In this document: piece by piece, positions 25,311-32,000 of the stretch | Numbering within the stretch: position 1 is the first letter of the stretch | Layout of the letters: each line of letters starts with the position of its first letter | Translations under genes and position numbers: made by a program | The notes under the pieces: model-generated | What the model was told of the DNA's origin: nothing | Databases searched by the model: none | The model's input: the letters and a program-made list of their open reading frames with translations, nothing else | From: Chlamydiota bacterium | Lineage (GTDB): Bacteria; Auribacterota; JACPWU01 | Reading direction: 5' to 3' | Assembly: GCA_016196885.1 (NCBI GenBank) | Contig: JACPWU010000039.1 | Span: forward strand, 30,001 to 62,000 | Length of the DNA stretch: 32,000 bases

Positions 25311-25443
25311 AGAAATCCAAAATCCAAAAATCAAAATCCAAAATGACAGTCCAAAAATCAAAATTTTTCAATGCAACAACATCAGGGACATTTTGGATTT
25401 TGGTGTGTCATTTTGATTTTTGATGTTTGATTTTTGGATTTCT
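25311..25443. repeat. Heptad-arm inverted repeat E3 between convergent genes (different loop)
   Basis: The left arm (25311-25364) is built of AAATCCA/AAAATCA heptads. The right arm (25390-25443) is built of ATTTTGG/TTTTGAT heptads. The 25-nt spacer is unrelated to the E1/E2/E4/E5/E7 loop. The right arm encodes the last ~18 codons of the PAP2 ORF. Confidence 0.85.
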
Positions 25444-25954
25444 TCTCCATTTTTCTCCATCCAAAAGCCATGATCATTCCTAAAATGGCACCTCCCAAAA
25501 CATCCGAGGGATAATGGACCCCCATGTAAATTCTGGATAAGGAAACAGCCACCGTGAGGAAGCCTAAAAACCCCACCCAACTTGGATAATAAAATCCTAA
25601 GAACACAGCGATGGCAAAAATACTCATGGCATGACCTGAAGGAAAAGAGGGAGAGTCGGGACAGGCTGTTCGTACGATGGCTTCTTGAAGGACATGGCAG
25701 GGACGCGGGCGGTGGAAGAGAGGTTTAAAGACTTCATGGGAAAGAACGTTGACACTTGCTAAGAGAAGCACTGCAAAGAGGGCGATTCTCCAGCGGTCTT
25801 TTCTCTTGGATAAAAAAGTGCTTAACGCAACGAGTAAAAACCACCCAAAGGATTTAAATTCAGTGATCCAGAGGAAAAAAATGTCCAGAACTCGACTTTG
25901 GATTTGATTGATAGAATGAAAAATAGCGAGGTCCCACTGAGTGAGCATGTGCAT
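25382..25954 (-). CDS. PAP2-family phosphatase (membrane)
   Basis: 190 aa with KPLFHRPRP, PSGH and SRIYMGVHYPSD, the three PAP2 acid-phosphatase motifs. It has multiple hydrophobic helices. Confidence 0.9.
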   Translation of the reverse strand: MHMLTQWDLAIFHSINQIQSRVLDIFFLWITEFKSFGWFLLVALSTFLSKRKDRWRIALFAVLLLASVNVLSHEVFKPLFHRPRPCHVLQEAIVRTACPDSPSFPSGHAMSIFAIAVFLGFYYPSWVGFLGFLTVAVSLSRIYMGVHYPSDVLGGAILGMIMAFGWRKMEKKSKNQTSKIKMTHQNPKCP

Positions 25955-26131
25955 GAGATCGTTCTCTCTTTACTTCGTAGATAACTTTATCTCGGCCTTA
26001 AGAAAATTAAGATTAGAATTTCTGGGGCAAGGAGGGTGAAGCTTGCTCCCGTGTCTAAAATCATAGGACAGATATGAGTTCGAGAGGGACCTTGAACTTT
26101 GGCGTGAATCAAAATGACATTAGATTGTGGG

Positions 26132-26377
26132 TTAAAGTGGAATATGCTCATGAAAACAAGCAGCAATATCTTCCGGCCAATCGTTTGAATAAACAGTCAT
26201 CAAGAGAGGTTCTCGACTCTTCTGAGCTGCTTTGTGAACATCTAAAGGATCTGGGCTATGAGCCAGAAGACGACCCTGTACAGGTGTTGTTGTAGACTCG
26301 TCCATTCTATCAATGGCAATGAGGAGCCATTCTTTCTGGAATTGTTTGCGAAGCTTTTCAAGCTTCTGAGATTTCAT
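26132..26377 (-). CDS. Small hypothetical protein (81 aa)
   Basis: The composition is protein-like (KEWLLIAIDRMDESTTTPVQGRLLAHSPD), and it is on the same strand as PAP2. It competes with an overlapping + strand ORF (26074..26295) that looks less protein-like. The RBS is weak. Confidence 0.45.
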   Translation of the reverse strand: MKSQKLEKLRKQFQKEWLLIAIDRMDESTTTPVQGRLLAHSPDPLDVHKAAQKSREPLLMTVYSNDWPEDIAACFHEHIPL

Positions 26378-26425
26378 CCTTTTATTATAACATGTTTTGA
26401 AAGGTAAACAGGGTAAATATAAGGA

Positions 26426-26586
26426 AAAATAGTTTTAGGCATATGCACTTGATTCCCCTTTGTAGTCGCCCGATTCATCGGGCAAACCCATGCAAGGGGC
26501 ACAGCCCCATGAATGGGGCGACTACAACTTCTTGCCATGGCGCTTGTTATCTAAGGGGAATCAAGTGCATATGCCAAAATAGTTTT
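26426..26586. mobile_element. MITE-like nested element: 11-bp direct repeats, 23-bp terminal inverted repeats, REPIN-like core
   Basis: AAAATAGTTTT occurs at 26426-26436 and 26576-26586. ggcatatgcacttgattcccctt (26438-26460) is the exact reverse complement of 26553-26575. The core at 26461-26526 is listed separately. Confidence 0.7.
26461..26526 (+). repeat. REPIN-like doublet (two GTAG-headed palindromes in inverted orientation), copy 1
   Basis: tGTAGtcGCCCGAttcaTCGGGC ... GCCCCATgaATGGGGCgaCTACa. The 10-bp closing stem is tgtagtcgcc/ggcgactaca. Confidence 0.7.
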
Positions 26587-26664
26587 TCAATAAAGCTTTT
26601 TCTCTGGTAAAATCTAGAAGCAGGAAGCGGGTTGGAATCGGTCTTTGTCCAGGGCGAGGGTTCT

Positions 26665-27672
26665 ATGTTTCTCGTTCGCAGCATTGAGAAAAGAGATTTG
26701 AGTGCGTTCTTTCGCTTGGCTTCCATTCTTGATACTTATAATCTTCCCAAAGATAAAGAATTACTCGCCCAGATTATTCAGACCTCTTTAAATTCTTTTA
26801 AAGGAAATCTTAAAAACCCTCATGAAGGTCGTTTTGTGTTTGTGGCCGAGGAGTTGAGTTCTGGAAAGATTGTGGGCACTTCTGAAATTTTGGCAAAGCG
26901 AGGTCTGCCTCATAATCCTTTCATTTACTGTGATGTGGGGGAGGATTGTTTAAAGAGTCGGACCCTTCATAAAGAAGTGAAACACCGATATATTAAACTT
27001 TGCTCGACTTTGGATGGAGCCACAGAGATTGGAGGGTTGGTGGTAGATCCTCGTTATCGGGGGAAGGGGAGAGGCGTGGGAAAGGCCTTGTCTTATGTGC
27101 GCTTTATGTATATGAAGTTTCATCCCAGAAAATTTCAGAAGAGGGTGTTGGCAGAGCTTTTGGCTTATTTGACCCCGAAAGGGGAGAATCCCCTGTGGGA
27201 TGTTTTAGGAAAACATTTTACGGGTCTTTCTTATCATCGGGCGGATCGTTTGAGTGTTTTTAACAAAGAATTTATTTTGTCCTTGTTCCCTGCTGAGAAA
27301 ATCTACACCTGTCTTTTGCCGGAGCGTGTTCAGAGAATTTTAGAACGGCCCGGGCTTCATACTGTTCCCGCTCAGGTTTTACTGGAGAAAATTGGGCTTA
27401 AATATTTGCGTCAAGTGGATCCATTTGACGGGGGGCCCCTCTATGGAGCAAAGTTGAGTGATGTAACGATTTATCAAAAGACGAAGCTCTACCCTTTTTC
27501 TGGAATGTGTGAAGAAGGCAAAGAGGGCTTGCTTCTTTTTGAAGAATCATCCCGTGTGAAAGCCTGTTATGGTTTAGCAAAAATAATGGGTGAAAATATT
27601 TTTCTTAATCTTGAATCAGTGCGGGCTTTAAATATCCGCAAGGGGAATAGAGTTTTGTTTTATCGTTTTTAA
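26665..27672 (+). CDS. astA: Arginine N-succinyltransferase (AstA family)
   Basis: The track ORF starts at a TTG (26632). The ATG at 26665 has RBS gaggg 5 nt upstream and gives an N-terminus MFLVRSIEKRDLSAFFRLAS, collinear with AstA N-termini. Length is about 335 aa. Confidence 0.8.
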   Translation: MFLVRSIEKRDLSAFFRLASILDTYNLPKDKELLAQIIQTSLNSFKGNLKNPHEGRFVFVAEELSSGKIVGTSEILAKRGLPHNPFIYCDVGEDCLKSRTLHKEVKHRYIKLCSTLDGATEIGGLVVDPRYRGKGRGVGKALSYVRFMYMKFHPRKFQKRVLAELLAYLTPKGENPLWDVLGKHFTGLSYHRADRLSVFNKEFILSLFPAEKIYTCLLPERVQRILERPGLHTVPAQVLLEKIGLKYLRQVDPFDGGPLYGAKLSDVTIYQKTKLYPFSGMCEEGKEGLLLFEESSRVKACYGLAKIMGENIFLNLESVRALNIRKGNRVLFYRF

Positions 27673-27706
27673 CGAACGACGATGAACAAACGACGCAGAA
27701 CGGTTT

Positions 27707-27831
27707 TGCTATGAAAGTGAGGCTCATTTTGTAGTCGCCCCATTTATGGGGCTGCCGTGTGCCCCTTGCATGGATTGCCCGATGAATCGGGCGACTACAA
27801 AAAAAGCATGATTGGGAGAACTTTCATAGCA
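27707..27831. repeat. REPIN-like element, copy 2 (inverted relative to copy 1) within a 12-bp outer inverted repeat
   Basis: The core at 27730-27799 is the reverse complement of the 26461-26526 family, with small indels. The outer inverted repeat is tgctatgaaagt (27707-27718) / actttcatagca (27820-27831). Confidence 0.7.
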
Positions 27832-27863
27832 CACGATGATCTCGAAAGATCATTAAAATTTAT

Positions 27864-28787
27864 ATGAGAGCTCTGGTTGTAGGGGATCCTTCTTTTTTTA
27901 GAATTAGATCGGGGTCTAATCCTCATACTCGAAACAGATGGGGAGTGAAGAAGTGTGTAGATTTGGATTTAGCCAAGCGCCAATGGAAGAATTTTGTAGA
28001 TCGTTTAGAAGAGATGGGTGCTCGGGTGTATGTGATTCCTCCTGTGAAGGATTGTCCCGGAATGGTTTTCCCCGCGAATGCAGGGGTTGTGATTCCAAGG
28101 GAAGAAAAGATTCCCTTTTCTAAAAAAACTTTTCTCTTAAGTTCATTGATCGAAGGGCGCAAAAGTGAAACGAATTATGACGAGCCTTTTTTTCGCCAAT
28201 TGGGTTTTCAAATTGAGAAGATTTCTTGCCCCTTTGAGGGGGAGGCCGATTTTTTCCAGGCAGGGTCTTATTTTATTTTTACATATGGGAAGATTCTCCC
28301 TCAACATTTTCGGATGAAGAGGGGGTGGCCACCTTATGAAAGAGTCTATGGGTTTAGAAGCAGTTTGAATTTCTTAGAGACGGTGACGAAATGGATTTCT
28401 CGCGAGCGCATTTTGCCTTTGGAATTGGCGGATGAACGATTTTATCATGGCGATACGGTTTTTTGCCCATTTGGAGAAGGCTATGATCATGTGCTTGCCT
28501 ATCTACCAGCCCTCACGTCTCAGGCTCAAGGTTTGTTGAAAGAGCATCTCGTCGATCGCTTGATTTTGTTGAGTGATGAGGATGCCTTTAAATACGCAGC
28601 AAATTCTTTTTATTTATCCACAGAGAAGGGGAAATTTCTTATCATGCCTTCGGGTGTGAGTCCCCAGTTAAGGGATCAGGTGATAGAACGGGGGGTGACT
28701 CCCATCGAGATCAATGTGTCTGAATTTTTCGAAAAAGGGGGAGGCTCTGTCAAGTGTATGATTTTAGACTTGGGGCCGATGGGTTAA
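27864..28787 (+). CDS. Amidinotransferase/DDAH-fold (guanidino-group modifying) hydrolase
   Basis: 307 aa. FYHGDTVFCPF resembles the H-x-D-T catalytic stretch of this superfamily. The C-terminal GGGSVKCM carries the expected nucleophilic Cys. Confidence 0.7.
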   Translation: MRALVVGDPSFFRIRSGSNPHTRNRWGVKKCVDLDLAKRQWKNFVDRLEEMGARVYVIPPVKDCPGMVFPANAGVVIPREEKIPFSKKTFLLSSLIEGRKSETNYDEPFFRQLGFQIEKISCPFEGEADFFQAGSYFIFTYGKILPQHFRMKRGWPPYERVYGFRSSLNFLETVTKWISRERILPLELADERFYHGDTVFCPFGEGYDHVLAYLPALTSQAQGLLKEHLVDRLILLSDEDAFKYAANSFYLSTEKGKFLIMPSGVSPQLRDQVIERGVTPIEINVSEFFEKGGGSVKCMILDLGPMG

Positions 28788-28790
28788 GAA

Positions 28791-28860
28791 CAGTTGTGAG
28801 TGGTGAGAGGTGAGTTTTAAAGGTATTATTTTTTTACTCACCCCTCACCCCTCACGACTG
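28791..28860. repeat. Heptad-arm inverted repeat E4 with conserved loop
   Basis: Left arm is cag TTGTGAG TGGTGAG AGGTGAG. Loop is TTTTAAAGGTATTATTTTTTT (28815-28835). Right arm is a CTCACCC CTCACCC CTCACGA ctg, followed by TTTTAT. It starts 4 nt after the stop codon. Confidence 0.85.
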
Positions 28861-28879
28861 TTTTATAATACTTAAGTTC

Positions 28880-28908
28880 TTGCTATCCCAATTGTTCTAT
28901 CTTATACT
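28880..28908 (+). promoter_or_regulatory. Possible sigma70-type promoter upstream of cheW
   Basis: TTGCTA at 28880-28885, a 17-nt spacer, then TATACT at 28903-28908. This is a sequence match only. Confidence 0.35.
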
Positions 28909-28971
28909 GTTCGTGGGTTCGAGGTTTCTAAAATTGAAGGTTGCTCATAAAGGGAATTCTATTACCTCACG

Positions 28972-29481
28972 ATGAGTCAACAGGATCAAGCCGAAAGCCC
29001 ACTTTCTCTTTACGAAGAGGAGTTGTACGGGGAGAAGGAAGTTCGAGAAGCGACCCGTCAGCTCATCGTCTTTTCTTTAGGCCCAGAATACTATGGGCTT
29101 GATGTTTGCGGTGTTTGTGAGGTTCTTGCGTCTTCTCAGATGACGCTTCTTCCGAATGTTCCGCCCCATATCAAGGGGATTATCAATTTGCGAGGGATCA
29201 TTCTTTCCGTTTCAGATCTCAAGGTAATCTTGGGTCTTCCAGAAAGTTCTCAAAATCAAAAAAATCAGATTGTGGTTGCCCAGAGCTGTAAGATAGCCAC
29301 AGGTTTCTGGGTGGATGGGAACACGGAGTCTATTGAAATTTCCATTTCAAAAATTCAACCTTTGGTTTCAACATTAGATGCCCAGAAGGCTTCTCTGATG
29401 CAGGGTCAGGTGGATTATTTGGGAAGGTTGGTAACGGTGTTGGATGTGGATGCAGTGATTCAGAAGACGAGGGTGGGATAA
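28972..29481 (+). CDS. cheW: Chemotaxis coupling protein CheW
   Basis: 169 aa with a CheW-like domain: LIVFSLGPEYYGLDV...VPPHIKGIINLRGIILSVSDL. Confidence 0.9.
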   Translation: MSQQDQAESPLSLYEEELYGEKEVREATRQLIVFSLGPEYYGLDVCGVCEVLASSQMTLLPNVPPHIKGIINLRGIILSVSDLKVILGLPESSQNQKNQIVVAQSCKIATGFWVDGNTESIEISISKIQPLVSTLDAQKASLMQGQVDYLGRLVTVLDVDAVIQKTRVG

Positions 29482-29486
29482 AAAAA

Positions 29487-29550
29487 TAGCGTTCAGCATT
29501 CAGCGTACAGTTTATAAGGAATAATTTTTTTCCTGAACGCTGAACGCTGA
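29487..29550. repeat. Heptad-arm inverted repeat E5 with conserved loop
   Basis: Left arm is ta GCGTTCA GCATTCA GCGTACA g. Loop is TTTATAAGGAATAATTTTTTT (29511-29531). Right arm is cc TGAACGC TGAACGC TGA. Several pairing registers are possible. Confidence 0.85.
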
Positions 29551-29564
29551 AAAAGGGGGGGGAT

Positions 29565-30941
29565 ATGAGCAAACTCTGGTTTGCAGTGTGGTGGACGGCA
29601 TTCATGATGGGCTTTTTAGAAGTGGCGCATGCCGACGAGGTTTCGGATTTGAAAGAGACCGTTCGCCAGATGCAGGTCCAAATGGCGGTCATGCAAGAGG
29701 AGATTCAAGGTTTAAAGACGCAACTTCGTTCTCAGGAGGCAAGCACTGTTTCGAGTCCTGCTCAAGCAGGGGCGCCGTCAGATGTTGCCACACTCAAAGA
29801 AGAAATGGCAGCCGTTGAAGAACAAGAGAAGGGGACTTTGGAACGCTTGGATGAGATGGTGAATTTTGATTTATATGCAACGCTGGCTTTTGAAAATTTT
29901 CAGAATACAGATTCTGCTTTTGATGCCCGCAATGTTGAACTTTTGGCAAGTGCTCATATGACGGATCGGTTGAAGGTCTATACAGAAATTGAGTTTGAAC
30001 GGGCCTCTACAACCTTAGATGAACCTCAGCAGGGTGAAATTGAAGTGGAACAAGGGTGGTTAGAATATACGATCAATGATTATTTTAAGCCACGGTTTGG
30101 CGTCATGTTGGTTCCATTTGGAAAGTATAACTTAGAACATTTTGAGCCCTATCAAGAATTAACAGATCGGCCTATTGCTATCAGGCGAATCATACCCACC
30201 ACCTGGGCGGAGGCAGGCGCGGGATTTACGGGCAATGCTTTTTTAGGAGATAAAGTGGGTGCTGAAGCGTTGAAAGATTTGTCGCTCAATTACCAAATTT
30301 ATCTCGTGAATGGTTTAACCGATTTGATCAGTGACACAGGCACTCGAGATGCAAAAGGTAATTTTGGTTTTGATAGCAATAACAACAAGGCTTTTGTGGG
30401 CCGTTTGGGGATCAGTCCTCTTTCGGATCAGGAGGTGGGTGTCAGCGGCTATGTGGGTGATTATGATAGGGAGAATAACACCCTCTCAGGTGTGGATGTG
30501 GATTGGCATTTTAGCATTTCAAAATTTGAGTTGGTGGGAGAATATGCCTTCCTGAATCTTGAAGAAGGTTTTCAAGGATCTGAAGGAGATGAGGAAGATA
30601 TATTGGCATCTCCCTTGCTTGTTCCTGACAGCATGGATGGAGGCTATGTGGAACTCCGTTATCATTTTTGGTTTGAATGTTTAAACGGTACTTTTTTGAG
30701 AAGAGGTTTTGAGAGTCCCACGTTCACAGCTGTTCTGAGGTACGATCGGGCCACCATCGCGGATGATACAGATGAAGGGGGGGGTGATAATCAGGAAGAA
30801 CGATGGACCCTAGGGTTAAATTATCGTCCTGTCCAGACATGGGTGTATAAAGCGGAGTATCAATTTAACGAGACGGACCATGAGGTTCTTGAACGGGGTG
30901 ATAACGATGGGTTTATTGCTTCCGTGACGGCTGCGTTTTAA
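29565..30941 (+). CDS. Outer-membrane porin-like beta-barrel protein with N-terminal coiled-coil segment
   Basis: 458 aa with RBS gggggggg. The signal peptide ends AHA|DEV. A heptad-like helical stretch (VSDLKETVRQMQVQMAVMQEEIQGLK) is followed by an alternating beta-strand pattern. The C-terminus ASVTAAF ends in Phe. Confidence 0.75.
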   Translation: MSKLWFAVWWTAFMMGFLEVAHADEVSDLKETVRQMQVQMAVMQEEIQGLKTQLRSQEASTVSSPAQAGAPSDVATLKEEMAAVEEQEKGTLERLDEMVNFDLYATLAFENFQNTDSAFDARNVELLASAHMTDRLKVYTEIEFERASTTLDEPQQGEIEVEQGWLEYTINDYFKPRFGVMLVPFGKYNLEHFEPYQELTDRPIAIRRIIPTTWAEAGAGFTGNAFLGDKVGAEALKDLSLNYQIYLVNGLTDLISDTGTRDAKGNFGFDSNNNKAFVGRLGISPLSDQEVGVSGYVGDYDRENNTLSGVDVDWHFSISKFELVGEYAFLNLEEGFQGSEGDEEDILASPLLVPDSMDGGYVELRYHFWFECLNGTFLRRGFESPTFTAVLRYDRATIADDTDEGGGDNQEERWTLGLNYRPVQTWVYKAEYQFNETDHEVLERGDNDGFIASVTAAF

Positions 30942-30945
30942 TAAT

Positions 30946-31062
30946 ACCGTACATCGTGCATCGTACTTCGTACTTCGAATACCGTGCAATCGCAATTTCG
31001 TTGTTACGATGTTCGATGTTCGCTGAACGATGTACTGCCTTTAAGTACGATGCACGATGCAC
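30946..31062. repeat. Heptad-arm inverted repeat E6 (long, different centre)
   Basis: Left heptads are ACCGTAC ATCGTGC ATCGTAC TTCGTAC TTCGAAT. The outer stem gtacatcgtgcatcgtactt (30949-30968) pairs with aagtacgatgcacgatgcac (31043-31062) at 19 of 20 positions. The inner part is made of GATGTTC-type heptads. Confidence 0.8.
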
Positions 31063-31083
31063 TGTCTTTAAGAGGAGAGGTCT

Positions 31084-31551
31084 ATGAAAAGAGTGTTATC
31101 CATTTTACTGGTGATGGCTGGGCTTCTGGCTGCCTCAGGAGTTTACGCAAAAGAGATTGCGGTGATTGTGAATAAGGAGAATGGGACGAGCAACCTTTCG
31201 ATGTCTGAGCTCTCCAGAATTTACGAGGGGAAGATGACGAGTTGGTCGAATGGTTCTCGTATGATGGTTATCAATCGGCCAACGGCTTCCCCGATCCGTT
31301 CGGCTTTTTATCGAACGGTGTTGGGGGTCGAGGCCGGCAAGCAATTTTTTCAGCCGGGGAGTCCCGTGCCTTTTAAGACGATGATTCAAGAATCGGATAC
31401 GGCGACGAAACGCATGGTGAGTCAAATGCCCAATGCAGTGGGCTATATCTATGTTGATGCGTTGGATGATACGGTCAAGGCCGTTTCGATTGATGGGGCC
31501 TCTCTGACACCCGATGATATTAGCAGTGGAAGATATGCTTTGAAGGAATAG
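31084..31551 (+). CDS. PstS-like (PBP_like_2) periplasmic substrate-binding domain protein, short
   Basis: 155 aa with strong RBS aggagagg. The signal peptide ends VYA|KE. IAVIVNKENGTSNLSMSELSRIYEGKMTSW is typical of phosphate-binding-protein-like domains. Confidence 0.7.
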   Translation: MKRVLSILLVMAGLLAASGVYAKEIAVIVNKENGTSNLSMSELSRIYEGKMTSWSNGSRMMVINRPTASPIRSAFYRTVLGVEAGKQFFQPGSPVPFKTMIQESDTATKRMVSQMPNAVGYIYVDALDDTVKAVSIDGASLTPDDISSGRYALKE

Positions 31552-31558
31552 GGAAAGA

Positions 31559-31634
31559 CAGTCGTGAGTGGTGAGTCGTGAGGGGTGAGTTTTATAGGTA
31601 TGATTTTTCACTCACGACTCACCCCTCACGACTG
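31559..31634. repeat. Heptad-arm inverted repeat E7 with conserved loop
   Basis: Left arm is cag TCGTGAG TGGTGAG TCGTGAG GGGTGAG. Loop is TTTTATAGGTATGATTTTT (31590-31608). Right arm is ca CTCACGA CTCACCC CTCACGA ctg, followed by TTTTAC. Extra CTCAC units follow at 31645-31657. Confidence 0.85.
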
Positions 31635-31696
31635 TTTTACTCTTACTCACCCCTCACGGCAGTTTTTACGGTTTTAGAAGAAAGGAGCTTTTGACC

Positions 31697-32000
31697 ATGA
31701 CACGCTGGAGAGTCAGAACCACCCTGATCATTTTCTTTTTTCTGATGGCGCTTCTTCCCGTGGCTCTGGTAGGTTACCGTGCTTATCAGGTAGCCAAACA
31801 TTCCTTGCAGGAGAGGATTGGGCAAAGTTTACAGAGGCAGGCATTTATTGTGATGGATGAAATTAATCGCATGCTTTTTGAACGCTATCAAAATGTGAAG
31901 AGCTGGGCGGTGGACTCGGTGATGGTGGATGTTTTGACGGAGGATGCAGATAGCAGGATCAGTGATCTTTTGAGTACGTTGAAACAGTCCTATGGATTCT
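31697..32000 (+). CDS. Membrane sensor protein (MCP or histidine kinase), N-terminal fragment; continues beyond the window
   Basis: This is not in the ORF track. The ATG at 31697 is preceded by aaaggag. By my own translation the frame is open to the window end (101 codons). It begins MTRWRVRTTLIIFFFLMALLPVALVGY, a TM helix, followed by a periplasmic-looking region. Confidence 0.6.
   Translation, partial: MTRWRVRTTLIIFFFLMALLPVALVGYRAYQVAKHSLQERIGQSLQRQAFIVMDEINRMLFERYQNVKSWAVDSVMVDVLTEDADSRISDLLSTLKQSYGF

Noticed and set aside
26074-26295. 73-aa + strand ORF overlapping the 81-aa minus-strand ORF
   Set aside because: Its sequence is less protein-like and it is isolated in orientation from its neighbours. 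The minus-strand ORF is preferred, though only at moderate confidence.
26632-26664. TTG start of the astA ORF given in the track
   Set aside because: The ATG at 26665 has a better-placed RBS (gaggg) and gives an N-terminus collinear with AstA family proteins.
27836-27853. Small hairpin ATGATCT-cgaa-AGATCAT 10 nt upstream of the amidinotransferase-fold gene start
   Set aside because: A 7-bp AT-rich stem could be a translational control element. It is too small and unsupported to call, and no conserved motif was recognised.
30984-31611. ORFs 30984..31175 (+) and 31135..31611 (-)
   Set aside because: The first starts inside hairpin E6 and overlaps the well-supported PstS-like CDS out of frame. 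The second is antisense to that CDS and is Arg/His-rich, consistent with a shadow ORF.
20822-31634. Interpretation of the gene-3'-end imperfect palindromes as integron attC sites / gene cassettes
   Set aside because: No RYYYAAC ... GTTRRRY core sites are present at the element ends, and no intI or attI is in the window. The flanking genes (era, apbC, cheW and others) are housekeeping genes rather than cassette-like, and gene sizes and spacing are irregular.
20822-31634. Interpretation of the recurring hairpins as a CRISPR array
   Set aside because: The repeats are not identical, are kilobases apart, and are separated by full-length genes rather than 25-50-nt spacers. No cas genes are present.
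31643-31825. 60-aa minus-strand ORF overlapping the sensor gene start
   Set aside because: The + strand frame from 31697 has an RBS, a TM helix and stays open to the window end. The minus-strand ORF is the antisense shadow.

Overview
Bacterial chromosomal window, AT-leaning by eye, with Gram-negative-type features: a porin ending in Phe, a lipobox lipoprotein and signal peptides. The first 15.1 kb is the 3' part of one giant ORF (2..15115, more than 5,037 codons, open at the left edge). It encodes the lid of an earlier module, then six MoxR/AAA_5-type AAA+ modules in an alternating A-B-A-B-A-B pattern. These are followed by an HExxH metallopeptidase-like domain, a G/K/E/P low-complexity linker, a VWA domain with a complete MIDAS motif, and about 1,700 more residues containing an internally duplicated module. 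The layout resembles midasin/Rea1, or a covalent fusion of a MoxR ATPase with its VWA partner. I consider it the main candidate for an undescribed system. A G-rich palindromic repeat is inserted in-frame twice in this gene, and a perfect 45-nt tandem duplication also lies in-frame. Two tandem AAA_14/DUF4143 ATPase genes with PD-(D/E)xK-like C-termini converge on the giant gene with a 4-nt gap. A 480-nt intergenic region follows (17644..18123) with a GC-rich nested-helix element and a 166-nt hairpin. The rest is mostly housekeeping or accessory: trmJ-like, era, a lipoprotein, yjbQ-family, apbC/mrp, DUF4912 plus a GH57 branching enzyme, PAP2, astA-like plus an amidinotransferase-fold hydrolase, cheW, a porin, a PstS-like binding protein, and the start of a membrane sensor. 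The second notable feature is the non-coding repeat content. Seven gene-3'-end inverted repeats have arms built from tandem heptanucleotides, and five of them share a conserved AT-rich loop. Two REPIN-like elements in opposite orientation flank astA. No rRNA, tRNA or CRISPR array was seen. All domain calls come from motif recognition by eye; no searches were run.
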